This document shows positions 37,330 through 45,765 of a DNA stretch of 64,000 bases, piece after piece. Origin of the DNA: Mycobacteriales bacterium (GTDB lineage: Bacteria; Actinomycetota; Actinomycetes; JAFAQI01); the NCBI GenBank assembly GCA_035690365.1, contig DASSKP010000028.1:11483-75482 (forward strand). The letters run 5' to 3'. Positions within the stretch are counted from its first letter, which is position 1. Every line of letters starts with the position of its first letter. The notes beneath the pieces are model-generated. The model did no database searches and had not been told where the DNA came from. It worked only from the letters and a program-made list of their open reading frames with translations. The position numbers and the translations under genes are program-made.

Positions 37330-39410
37330 CTGCCGGCGAGTTTGAAGTAGATGCACGACCGGTCGGCGCCTACGCGCGTGTAGCCGGCCGACTGCAGTGC
37401 GGTGCTCCGGTGCAACCGTCGCGAGTGAACCATCGAGCGGCTCAGGCACACCGCGGCAACCGGCCAGGTGCGCAGCTCGGTGGCCGCAGCGTCGGGCTGC
37501 AAGCGCGACCCCGCGCCGCCCAGCCACATGGTGAGCAGCTCGCGCTGCTTCATGCGGAAGCTGCTGCCGGCTCGCGCCGAGATCAGATGTCCGTAGTAGG
37601 TGCGGGCGTCCAGCGGGTGTACGCGAGTGGTCGTGAGCCCCGCGGCAAGAGACACCTGGGTGGGTCCGGCGACGACCGCGTCGTCGGGCGCGAGTCGCAC
37701 CAGGTGCCGAGCGGCACTGAGCGACGCCGGCGCGATGTCCCACCTCGGCCGCGACTCGAACGTCGTGTTCCTGGACGACCACAGCGGCGTCTCGAAGACA
37801 GCCAGGAGTACGACGAGCACGGCGGCGAACGCCGGAGCCGTCGCGCGGGTCAGCGGCGCGCCGATCCGTAAACCGAAGCTGTCGACGGCCGACGGCACGA
37901 GCGCCAGCAGCAAGGGGAGGGGGGCGACCCAGAGCACGCGCCACGCGGTCGGTGCGCCGCCGAGAAGCGGGCCCGCCTTGCCGAGCACGCCGGGCGCCAG
38001 CGTCAGCATCACGGCCAGGCTGCCGCCACCGAGCATCAGCTTTCCGGCGAGTGTCCGAGCGCCGAGGAAGCCGGCCACCAGCGCGAGGCCCGCCGCGAAC
38101 CCGACCACGCCGTTGCCGACGAACCACTGCCAGATGTCGTAGGAGATCTTGTAGTGGGCAACCGACGTCGAGCTGAACGCCGACGACGAGCCGCTGAGGC
38201 GGTAGGCCGCGAGACAGATGATGGGGTAGGCGAGGGCGGCGCCGACGATCGCGAGCATCCTCTTGCCGCATGCGAGGTAGCCGGCGATGCCGGCAGCGAC
38301 GAGCGCGACCGGTGCGAGTCCTGCCGCGGACGACGAGAAGCCGAGCGCGGCGATCGTTGCCGCCGCGAGGAGCGCCGGCGCGCGCCAGCCGCGGCGGTGG
38401 GCCGAGAGAGCGGCGTAGGTGTAGATCAGCGGCACCATCGCGGCGGCGAAGAACTCCTTCGTCTGCCACGACCGCCGGAGCACCATCATCCCGAACCACT
38501 GCGGTCCTCGGGAGGTGAGCACGAGGAAAGCGACCACCACGAGCATGCCGAGCACGGGACGGCGTACGCGCAGGCCGACGAGGCAGCGCCACAGCACGAG
38601 CGGCATCAGTGCGGCGAGGATCGGCCCGAGCAGCATGTAGTCGACTGATGGACCGGCGACACCGAGCACGTGCGCGATGCCGCCGGCGAACGTCTCGAAG
38701 GTGCCGATCGCCGGTTGGTAGAGCGTCGGGAAGACGTTGTTGCCGAACATCGTGTCCCGGTCGGGGATCGCACCATGCTGTGCGATCCAGGTGACGCGGT
38801 TGACGTAGTAGGCGTCGTCGGGGTCCGGTGACACCGCGAAGAGTGCGAAGAGCCCGAACGCGATGCCCGCGACGACAGCGATGAGCAGTGCATACGCCGC
38901 GGCCCGACCGGAGGGCCCGGTGACGATCTCGTGTTCCGGGGCCGATCCGTCGTCGTCGGCGGAGCGCCGGCTCAGCAGCAGCGCCAGCAGGCCGACGACC
39001 AGGCCGACGAGAGCGACCGCCCATCCGAGCCGCCAGACGACGCGGTGCGGAACGGCGAGCAGGAGGGCAGCGACGGCGACGAGCAGTGCGAACGCCAGCA
39101 CGGCGCGGCGGCTCGGTCTCGGGCGGGTCGACAGGCGCCGCAGCCAGCCCGGTCGCTCGTCACCGTCGGCCACGGGCCCCGGCGCCAGCCGGTGCACCAG
39201 GAACAGTGGCAACGGAAGGGTCAGCACCCAGACCAGCAGCAACGGGTCGACGCGCAGGTTGGCGATGTCCCACACGTGGGCGAGCACCGTGAACCACGCG
39301 AACGCGACCACGCCGCCGTCGACGGCGGCGATGACCGCACGGACCAGCGGCGTCCGGCCGGGTGCCCGCTCCGCTGTCGGTGCTGGCCGCTCGGAGCTCG
39401 TCGCCGTCAC
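37326..39410 (-). CDS. Large polytopic membrane protein, paralog B; putative GT-C-type glycosyltransferase/polymerase
   Basis: The 694 aa product is colinear with 19753..21804, including SPDPDDAYYVNRVTWIAQHG, PAIGTFETFAG, RRSWQTKEFF, GSSSAFSST and LLGGAPTAWR. Its start overlaps the stop of the upstream GT2 gene. Confidence 0.7.
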   Translation of the reverse strand: MTATSSERPAPTAERAPGRTPLVRAVIAAVDGGVVAFAWFTVLAHVWDIANLRVDPLLLVWVLTLPLPLFLVHRLAPGPVADGDERPGWLRRLSTRPRPSRRAVLAFALLVAVAALLLAVPHRVVWRLGWAVALVGLVVGLLALLLSRRSADDDGSAPEHEIVTGPSGRAAAYALLIAVVAGIAFGLFALFAVSPDPDDAYYVNRVTWIAQHGAIPDRDTMFGNNVFPTLYQPAIGTFETFAGGIAHVLGVAGPSVDYMLLGPILAALMPLVLWRCLVGLRVRRPVLGMLVVVAFLVLTSRGPQWFGMMVLRRSWQTKEFFAAAMVPLIYTYAALSAHRRGWRAPALLAAATIAALGFSSSAAGLAPVALVAAGIAGYLACGKRMLAIVGAALAYPIICLAAYRLSGSSSAFSSTSVAHYKISYDIWQWFVGNGVVGFAAGLALVAGFLGARTLAGKLMLGGGSLAVMLTLAPGVLGKAGPLLGGAPTAWRVLWVAPLPLLLALVPSAVDSFGLRIGAPLTRATAPAFAAVLVVLLAVFETPLWSSRNTTFESRPRWDIAPASLSAARHLVRLAPDDAVVAGPTQVSLAAGLTTTRVHPLDARTYYGHLISARAGSSFRMKQRELLTMWLGGAGSRLQPDAAATELRTWPVAAVCLSRSMVHSRRLHRSTALQSAGYTRVGADRSCIYFKLAGS

Positions 39411-40453
39411 AGCCTGCTGTCGTCCGCGGCGTGCCGGGACATGTGCTCGGCGTTGTTGGCCGCGATCTGCAGCAGGTCACGGCGCAGGGTGCGCGTGCGT
39501 TCGAGCAGCCAACCGGACGTCAGCAGCAACATCGCGACGATGAAGGTCGCGGTGCCGGCGATGAAGCTCGGGAAGCGCTCCACCTTGCCGGTCTGGAAGT
39601 ACTCCACGATCGGCGGGATGACCAGCACGAGTGTCGCGACGAACCACACCGAGGACAGCGCCGCGAAGGCCACAAAGGGCTGGAGATCGCGGTGCAGACG
39701 GAAGATCGCGCGCAGGATCGACAGACCGTCGCGGTAGGTGGAGAGCTTCGAGGAGCTGCCCTCCGGACGGGCGCCGTACGACGCCGGCATCTCGGCGTAG
39801 GCGAAGTCCATGGCGACCGCGTGGCTCGCGATCTCCACCTCGAGCTGGAAACGCTTCGACCGCACCGGGAACGACGCCACGAACCGGCGGCTCATCGCCT
39901 TGTAGCCGGTGAGGATGTCGCTGAGGCGGATGCCGGTGAGGGTCCGTTGCAGCGACGTCAGCGCCTTGTTGCCGATCTGGTGACCGCTGCGGTAGGTGGC
40001 GGTGTCCATCTCGCCTTCGTCGGTCACCCGCTGCACGTTGACGAGGTCGTAGCCCTCGCAGAACACCTTGTGCACGAGAGCCGGGGCGACGCTGGGGTCG
40101 TAGGTCGCATCGCCGTCGACGAGGAGGACGACGTCCTCGTCGACGACCTCGAAGGCCCGGCGGACCGCCCGCCCCTTGCCGGGGTTGGGCACCTGCAGCA
40201 CGTCAGCGCCTGTTGTGCGCGCACGCTCCGTGGTGTCGTCCGTCGAGAGGTTGTCGACGACGACCATGCGCGCCCGCGGCAGGACTTCGCGGAAGCCGTT
40301 GACGACGGCCGCAACGGTGGTTCCCTCGTTGTGGCAGGGAACGACCACGGCGACCCTTGCATCGGCGCACCGGGGACACGGTGTCGGAACCGGTTGGGTC
40401 ACCGGTGCAGGCTCCTTGCGAGAGGTGGGGGGCGCCTCGACGGGCTGACTCAA
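39407..40453 (-). CDS. GtrB/Ppm-like GT2: putative polyprenyl-phosphate sugar synthase
   Basis: The GT2 core motifs are VVVPCHNEG, VVVDNLSTDDT, GKGRA and LVDGDATY. Two C-terminal TM helices give the architecture of bactoprenol/dolichol-phosphate glycosyltransferases. Confidence 0.8.
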   Translation of the reverse strand: MSQPVEAPPTSRKEPAPVTQPVPTPCPRCADARVAVVVPCHNEGTTVAAVVNGFREVLPRARMVVVDNLSTDDTTERARTTGADVLQVPNPGKGRAVRRAFEVVDEDVVLLVDGDATYDPSVAPALVHKVFCEGYDLVNVQRVTDEGEMDTATYRSGHQIGNKALTSLQRTLTGIRLSDILTGYKAMSRRFVASFPVRSKRFQLEVEIASHAVAMDFAYAEMPASYGARPEGSSSKLSTYRDGLSILRAIFRLHRDLQPFVAFAALSSVWFVATLVLVIPPIVEYFQTGKVERFPSFIAGTATFIVAMLLLTSGWLLERTRTLRRDLLQIAANNAEHMSRHAADDSRL

Positions 40454-40587
40454 GGTTACGTCACGACTCGCGCCGTTCCCGGCAGGCCCGGCTCCGGACG
40501 ACGCGTGGTGGCGGTTGCCTCCACGGGCAACGGGTGCGTTCCGCGCGATCGGAGCGGCCGGGGCGGCGCGGTTCGCTAGGCTCCCGC

Positions 40588-42255
40588 ATGCTCATGAGAA
40601 TTGCCGTCAGCAGGGTCGCTCGTCTGGACCTCGCGGCTTGTCTGGGCACGGTCGTCGTCTTCCTCGTCGCCCAGGCCCTGCTGCTGCACGGCCCCCAGCC
40701 CTACGACCCGGGCAACTACTTCCGCTCGGCTCTGAACTTTCCGAACGTCCCGGCAGATGCGTGGACGCTGCGGATCGGCCTGATGGGTCCCTTGGCGATG
40801 ATCGTCCGCTCGCTGGGCCCGTCCGAGCTCACGTTGTTCGCCATCCCTGTGACTGCCTCGGCCGTGCTCGCGGCGTCGGTCTTCGGCATCATCAGGGTGC
40901 TCTTCCACGACCGGCTGGTCGCGGTGTGCGCGGCGCTGGTCGTCGTGCTGAACCAGGACTACCTGCTGGATTCGACGTCGCTGTTCCCCGACGTGCTCGC
41001 CACCGCGGTGTTCGCCGCCGGACTGTTCTTCCTGCTGCTCGCCCGCGATCGTGAACAGCCGGTCCTCGAGGATCAGCCGGCCCTCGAGGATCAGCCGGGC
41101 GATCGGAAGCGACGCCGACCCTCCGCGCCGACCGTCGCGGCCGCAGTCGCCGGTGCGCTGTTCGGCTGGACCTATCTGATCCGGGAGTTCAGCCCGGTCC
41201 TGTTCCCTGTCGTGCTCCTCGCGCTCGTGCTGTGGAGATATCCCCGGCGACGAACGCTCGTCGTCGTCGGGTCCGCCGCCATCGTCATCTGCATCGAGTT
41301 CGTCTACGGATACGTGCGCTACGGCAACGCGCTGGAACGCCTCAAGGTGCTGACCACGCTGCGCTCATCGCACGAGCTGGCTCAATGGACGCCCTACTTC
41401 AAGCGGGTGCACAACATCCCGGAAGCTGCGTGGGTCCTGCCCCGCACCTTGCTGACCTGGCGCACGGGCTGGCCGGTGCTGCTCCTGCTGGTGGTGTTCA
41501 TCGTGGGAGTGGCCCGCTTCAGGGACAGGCGGCTGTGGCTGCTGGCTGCCTGGCTGGGCATCTACTGGGCGATGATGGCGGTGCTCGGCGGGGTGCGGAC
41601 GAAGTACGGCGCGCCGCGACTGGGTATCGGCTACGTGCGCTACTGGTATCCCGCACTGCCGGCCTTCCTGATGGGCGGCATTGCCGCGGTCTGGCTTTTC
41701 GTGCGCGGCTCCGGTGACCCGCCGCCCCGACGGCGCAAGGTTGCCCATCTCGCCGTGGTCGTCGTCGCTCTTGCGGCCGTCGTGCCGGGTGTTGTCGAGT
41801 ACTCCGGCTGCGAGTCGAAGGACGTGTGGGACACCGAACCGCTGCAGCGTTGGGAGCAGGTGGCCGGGTGGCTCGCCACGCCGACAGCGGCGCGTTACGA
41901 CCGGATCATGTCCGACGTCCCGTCACGGCGGATGCTGCCGGCGTTCACGCGCACCGCCATCGGCAAGATCGTGTGGCACGGGAAGCTCGGCGTCATCCCA
42001 CTGGGTGACCTCAGCCTTCGCCCATCCCGCGACACGCTCGTGCTGGTCGATCGGCGGCATGGTCCGACCGACATCATGCAGCGACTCGGCCCGCACTGGT
42101 CGCTGACGTTCGTCACCTCCGATGGCGTCATCGGGATCATGGCCAAGCATGTACGGAGCGCCAGCCCGGCTGCCTTGATGCGCTGGCAGCTGCCGCCCAC
42201 CGGCTTTCACGGGCAGGCCGACACCTGCGGGGTCAGCCCTTACCGCGTCTACTGA
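40588..42255 (+). CDS. Polytopic membrane protein with a C-terminal extracytoplasmic domain; possible GT-C (ArnT/PMT_2-like) glycosyltransferase
   Basis: The product is about 555 aa with at least 9 hydrophobic segments and a soluble tail of about 170 aa. The gene is divergent from the GtrB-like gene. No unambiguous catalytic motif was recognised. The ATG at 40588 follows a 134 nt intergenic region. Confidence 0.5.
   Translation: MLMRIAVSRVARLDLAACLGTVVVFLVAQALLLHGPQPYDPGNYFRSALNFPNVPADAWTLRIGLMGPLAMIVRSLGPSELTLFAIPVTASAVLAASVFGIIRVLFHDRLVAVCAALVVVLNQDYLLDSTSLFPDVLATAVFAAGLFFLLLARDREQPVLEDQPALEDQPGDRKRRRPSAPTVAAAVAGALFGWTYLIREFSPVLFPVVLLALVLWRYPRRRTLVVVGSAAIVICIEFVYGYVRYGNALERLKVLTTLRSSHELAQWTPYFKRVHNIPEAAWVLPRTLLTWRTGWPVLLLLVVFIVGVARFRDRRLWLLAAWLGIYWAMMAVLGGVRTKYGAPRLGIGYVRYWYPALPAFLMGGIAAVWLFVRGSGDPPPRRRKVAHLAVVVVALAAVVPGVVEYSGCESKDVWDTEPLQRWEQVAGWLATPTAARYDRIMSDVPSRRMLPAFTRTAIGKIVWHGKLGVIPLGDLSLRPSRDTLVLVDRRHGPTDIMQRLGPHWSLTFVTSDGVIGIMAKHVRSASPAALMRWQLPPTGFHGQADTCGVSPYRVY
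41056..41100 (+). repeat. 18-bp tandem duplication (about 2.5 copies) inside the CDS
   Basis: The sequence is CAGCCGGTCCTCGAGGAT / CAGCCGGCCCTCGAGGAT / CAGCCGGGC, encoding QPVLED-QPALED-QPG in a loop of the 40588..42255 product. Confidence 0.9.
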
Positions 42256-42335
42256 CGGTCGAGGGCGGACCGCCATTCGGGGGACGGTGGCGCGGCGATT
42301 ACAGATCGAGGTGCGATCCGTCCGACATCTGTCTG

Positions 42336-42623
42336 GTGACCCGCATCGTGATCGGCGGGCTGGCCGCGTGCTGGCTCGCCGTTGCCCTTTCCGCCTGGCG
42401 CAACCGGCGACGTGACGTCGCGCGGCACATGCCCGTGCGCTGGCATCGTGCCGTCGCAACGCTCAACCGATGGTCCGCGGGCTGCGACGACGATCTGCCC
42501 GTGGCCGCGACCTGGTGCCGTCCGCTGGTCAAGCCGCTCTTCGTGGCGCACGACCTGCCACAGCAACGCGGCGGTGTCGCCGACGAGTCGGTGGCAGAGC
42601 TCAGCGGCTCGCCACGACGGTGA
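42336..42623 (+). CDS. Hypothetical small membrane-anchored protein
   Basis: The 95 aa product has a GTG start, one N-terminal TM segment (IVIGGLAACWLAVALSAW) and high third-position GC. No family was recognised. Its 3' end overlaps the convergent lipoprotein gene by 23 nt. Confidence 0.35.
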   Translation: MTRIVIGGLAACWLAVALSAWRNRRRDVARHMPVRWHRAVATLNRWSAGCDDDLPVAATWCRPLVKPLFVAHDLPQQRGGVADESVAELSGSPRR

Positions 42624-43047
42624 CCGACCAGCGGCCCTGCTTGCCGGTGCAGCGCATGGCCTCGCCGCAGGACACCCGGCCGGCGACGATGCGCGTCGTG
42701 CCGGCCTGCGCCACCCGGTAGTCGGCACGCACCGTCCCGCAACCGCTGCCCGGCACGGACGGGGAGCAGGACGCGCCACCGGGCTCCGCCTGCGGAGCCC
42801 CGACCGCCACCAGCACGCCACCGGAGGGGTCGCCCACCTGCCAGTAGGTGCTGTGCAGAGTCACCACGACGTCGTCGCCCACATGCGCCTGCACGGTGGC
42901 ACCACTGTCCGTGTCCGACACCTGGTGGGTGACCGGATTCCCTCCGGACCGAAGCGACGCGCTGCTGCCGCCACCCCCGCAGGCGGCAGCCACCAGCAAC
43001 GCCAATGATCCCGGGACGAGCGCGACCGCCAACCGCTGCCTGGTCAT
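42601..43047 (-). CDS. Small secreted lipoprotein, Cys-containing, function unknown
   Basis: The start was taken at MTRQRLAVALVPGSLALLVAAAC, which carries a lipobox. The mature part of about 125 aa has 4 further Cys residues. Third-position GC is high. Confidence 0.6.
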   Translation of the reverse strand: MTRQRLAVALVPGSLALLVAAACGGGGSSASLRSGGNPVTHQVSDTDSGATVQAHVGDDVVVTLHSTYWQVGDPSGGVLVAVGAPQAEPGGASCSPSVPGSGCGTVRADYRVAQAGTTRIVAGRVSCGEAMRCTGKQGRWSVTVVASR

Positions 43048-43117
43048 GTGACACCTCCGCAGGTGAGACGGACCGGTGCGGTGCGCGGCTCCCCGCGAGT
43101 GTCGTTGTTTCCGATCC

Positions 43118-43137
43118 GTGACCTGGTGTGACCTGGT
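43118..43137. repeat. Perfect 10-bp tandem direct repeat, GTGACCTGGT x2
   Basis: It was read directly at 43118-43127 and 43128-43137. It lies in the 98 nt gap between the menD stop (43146) and the lipoprotein start (43047). Confidence 0.9.
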
Positions 43138-43145
43138 CGGGGCGC

Positions 43146-44846
43146 TCATCGGAGCGCCGCAGCGGCAGCCGCACGCAGCTGCCGGTGCAGCTCGGCGTTG
43201 GCGGCCCGGTCGGTGCGAACCTCCACGAGGTGAATGCCGTCAGGGCGTGCGGTGACGGCCTCGGTGAGAGCGGCAGGTGTCGAGATGCGCGAGTGCCGGA
43301 CGCCGTACGCCGCCGCGAGCTGACCGACGTCGACGCCGTGCGGCGTGCCGAAGAGCCGCTCGAACGTCGCGGCGTCGTCGCCGCCGGCCTGCGGGAGCAG
43401 CGAGAAGATGCCACCACCGTCGTTGTTCACGACGACGATCGTGAGGTCGGGCCGCGGGTCCGCGAGCAGCCCGTTGCCGTCGTGCAGCAACGACAGGTCA
43501 CCGGCGAGCGCCACGGTGGGGCCGTCGTGCGACAGCGCGACGCCGACGGCCGTGGAGATGAACCCGTCGATGCCGGACACGCCGCGGTTGGCGACGATGC
43601 GAAGGCCGTCGCGAGGCTGCATCGTCAGGTCGAGGTCGCGGATCGGCATGCTCGAGGCGACGACGAGCGCTCCACCCGCGGGCAGGCTCGCCGCAAGGTC
43701 GCGAGCCACTCGGGGTTCGGTCAGACCGGAGCGGTCGAGCACATCGTCGATCGCCCTGCCGGCTGCGACGCCGGCCGCGTGCCACGAGTCGGCCCATCCG
43801 GCCTCGGCCTTCGCCGAGCACGTCGCGAGAGCGGCCGGCGCCGTACCGAGCACGGCTGCCGCCGAACGCGTCGGATCGGCCCACGCGCCGTCCCGGTCGA
43901 CGACCACGTGAGGCTGATTCGCAAGCCAACCGAGGAAGGGGCGAGTGAGGCCGGCGCGGCCGGCGACCACGACGAGGTCGGGTCGGTGACTCTCCACGAA
44001 GCGAGGGTCGGACAACAACGCGTCGACAGCACGGAGCGCGCCGGCGCGACGGGCGTTGCTGTGCGGTTCGGCGAGCAGCGGCCACCCACTGTCGGCGCAG
44101 AAGCGCAGCAGGCCGTCGACGTCGCGCGCGTCGAGCCCGTCCCCGGCGACCGCGACCCCCCGTTCGCTGCCCTCCAGCAACGCAACGAGTTCGGCGGGAG
44201 CGCCGGCGTCGCCACGGGCCGCGATCGACCAGGGCGCCCCGTCGGCTCGGCCGTCGAGCGGCCAGTCGAAGCCCACCCCGTCGTCGTCCGGAGTGAGCGG
44301 TTCCCGCAACGGCAGGTTGAGATGCACGGGACCGGCGGGTCCACCCGACTGCCCGAGGGCCACCGCTACGGCGCGGCTCGTCAGCGACCGCCAGTAGCGC
44401 ACCGAGTCGGGCCGCGGTTCCGGCACGCCGACATCGACCGACCAGCGCGTGGCGGTGCCGTAGACGCCGATCTGGTCGACCGTCTGGTTGGCGCCGACGC
44501 CGCGAAGCTCCGGTGGCCGGTCCGCGGTCAGCACGAGCAGCGGGACGCGCGACTGGTCGGCTTCCATCACCGCACCGTGGAAGTGCGCGGTCGCCGTTCC
44601 CGACGTGCACAGCACCGGCACAGGTCGTCCGGTCGTGCGCGCGATGCCGAGGGCGACGTACGACGCCGAGCGCTCGTCGATGCGGACGTGCAAGCGGATT
44701 CGCGTGTCGCCTGCAAGTGCAAGAGCGATCGGTGTCGATCGCGACCCCGGGGCGAGCACTGCATCGGTGACACCGTGCCGGGCGAGCTCGTCGACGAGCA
44801 CCAGGGCGAACGCATGACCGGCGTTGCGGGCGATGTTGTCAGCCAT
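43146..44846 (-). CDS. menD: 2-succinyl-5-enolpyruvyl-6-hydroxy-3-cyclohexene-1-carboxylate (SEPHCHC) synthase
   Basis: This ThDP enzyme has the MenD N-terminus NAGHAFALVLVDELARHGV..APGSRSTP, then LLVLTADRPPELR and a C-terminal GVSGIDG. The start was taken at MADNIARN (44846). Confidence 0.9.
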   Translation of the reverse strand: MADNIARNAGHAFALVLVDELARHGVTDAVLAPGSRSTPIALALAGDTRIRLHVRIDERSASYVALGIARTTGRPVPVLCTSGTATAHFHGAVMEADQSRVPLLVLTADRPPELRGVGANQTVDQIGVYGTATRWSVDVGVPEPRPDSVRYWRSLTSRAVAVALGQSGGPAGPVHLNLPLREPLTPDDDGVGFDWPLDGRADGAPWSIAARGDAGAPAELVALLEGSERGVAVAGDGLDARDVDGLLRFCADSGWPLLAEPHSNARRAGALRAVDALLSDPRFVESHRPDLVVVAGRAGLTRPFLGWLANQPHVVVDRDGAWADPTRSAAAVLGTAPAALATCSAKAEAGWADSWHAAGVAAGRAIDDVLDRSGLTEPRVARDLAASLPAGGALVVASSMPIRDLDLTMQPRDGLRIVANRGVSGIDGFISTAVGVALSHDGPTVALAGDLSLLHDGNGLLADPRPDLTIVVVNNDGGGIFSLLPQAGGDDAATFERLFGTPHGVDVGQLAAAYGVRHSRISTPAALTEAVTARPDGIHLVEVRTDRAANAELHRQLRAAAAAALR

Positions 44847-45765
44847 CGGCAGCCGCCCGCATCCGGTCGAGCCACCAGGTCGTCGTCTCCTCGTCCGCGT
44901 GCACCAGTGCCGGATCGGGCTCGACCCGGCGCACCGGGAGGTGGCCGTCCACGGGCAGCAGCGGGTCGGCGGTGACATCTCCGTCCAGCAGCGAGACGGT
45001 GCCGAGCCCGCAGGCGAACGGCAGCTCGGGCAACGCGGCCGCGAGCGCGACGCCCGCCGCGATGCCGACTGACGTCTCCACCGCGCTCGACACGACGACG
45101 GGAAGCCCGCAGGCCTCGGCGACCTCCAGACAGCGGCGAACACCGCCGAGCGGTTGCACCTTCAGCACGACGACATCCGCCGCCTCGAGGCCGGCGATGC
45201 GCAGCGGATCGTCGGCCGTCCGCACCGACTCGTCGGCAGCGAGTCGCACGTCGACGCGGCGGCGCAGCTCGGCCATCTCGTCGAGACCGGCGACCGGTTG
45301 CTCGGCGTACTCGAGATCGAAGACGTCCAGGGCCTTCAGGGCTGCCACCGCTTCGTCGACCGACCACGCCGCGTTGGCGTCGACGCGGACCTTGCCGGAC
45401 GGGCCGAGGGCATCGCGCACCGCCTCGACTCTGGCGACGTCGTCGGCGAGCGTCTGTCCCGGTTCGGCGACCTTGACCTTCGCCGTCGTGCAGCCGGAGG
45501 CGCGGACCAGCGCATGCGCCTGCTGCGGGCTGACGGCGGGGACCGTCGTGTTGACGGGCACGCGGTCGCGTACGGCACGTGGCCAGCCGTCGTGCGCTGC
45601 CTCGCGCGCAGCGGCCAGCCAGCGGCCGCACGTCGCGGCCTCGTAGTCGGGGAAGGGGGAGAACTCGCCCCAGCCGGTAGCGCCGTGGACCAGCACTCCT
45701 GATCGTCGGGTCTGCCGGCGGAAGCGAACCCGCATCGGCAGGTCGAAGACCAGCAGCTCGCTCAT
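44839..45765 (-). CDS. menC: o-Succinylbenzoate synthase
   Basis: It is an enolase-superfamily OSBS of the actinobacterial type (FDLPMRVRFR, KVKVA, RVDANAAW, EQP, DES). It lies between menA and menD with overlapping junctions. Confidence 0.85.
   Translation of the reverse strand: MSELLVFDLPMRVRFRRQTRRSGVLVHGATGWGEFSPFPDYEAATCGRWLAAAREAAHDGWPRAVRDRVPVNTTVPAVSPQQAHALVRASGCTTAKVKVAEPGQTLADDVARVEAVRDALGPSGKVRVDANAAWSVDEAVAALKALDVFDLEYAEQPVAGLDEMAELRRRVDVRLAADESVRTADDPLRIAGLEAADVVVLKVQPLGGVRRCLEVAEACGLPVVVSSAVETSVGIAAGVALAAALPELPFACGLGTVSLLDGDVTADPLLPVDGHLPVRRVEPDPALVHADEETTTWWLDRMRAAADG

Noticed and set aside
36376-39024. An 882-aa minus-strand ORF overlapping menF and GT-C-like paralog B
   Set aside because: It is out of frame with the convincing 37326..39410 membrane protein and antisense to menF. 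The translation is Arg/Pro-rich nonsense.
40514-40531. A small hairpin, GTTGCC-N6-GGCAAC, in the divergent region between the GtrB-like and GT-C-like genes
   Set aside because: A 6-bp stem is expected by chance in GC-rich sequence, and there is no supporting context.
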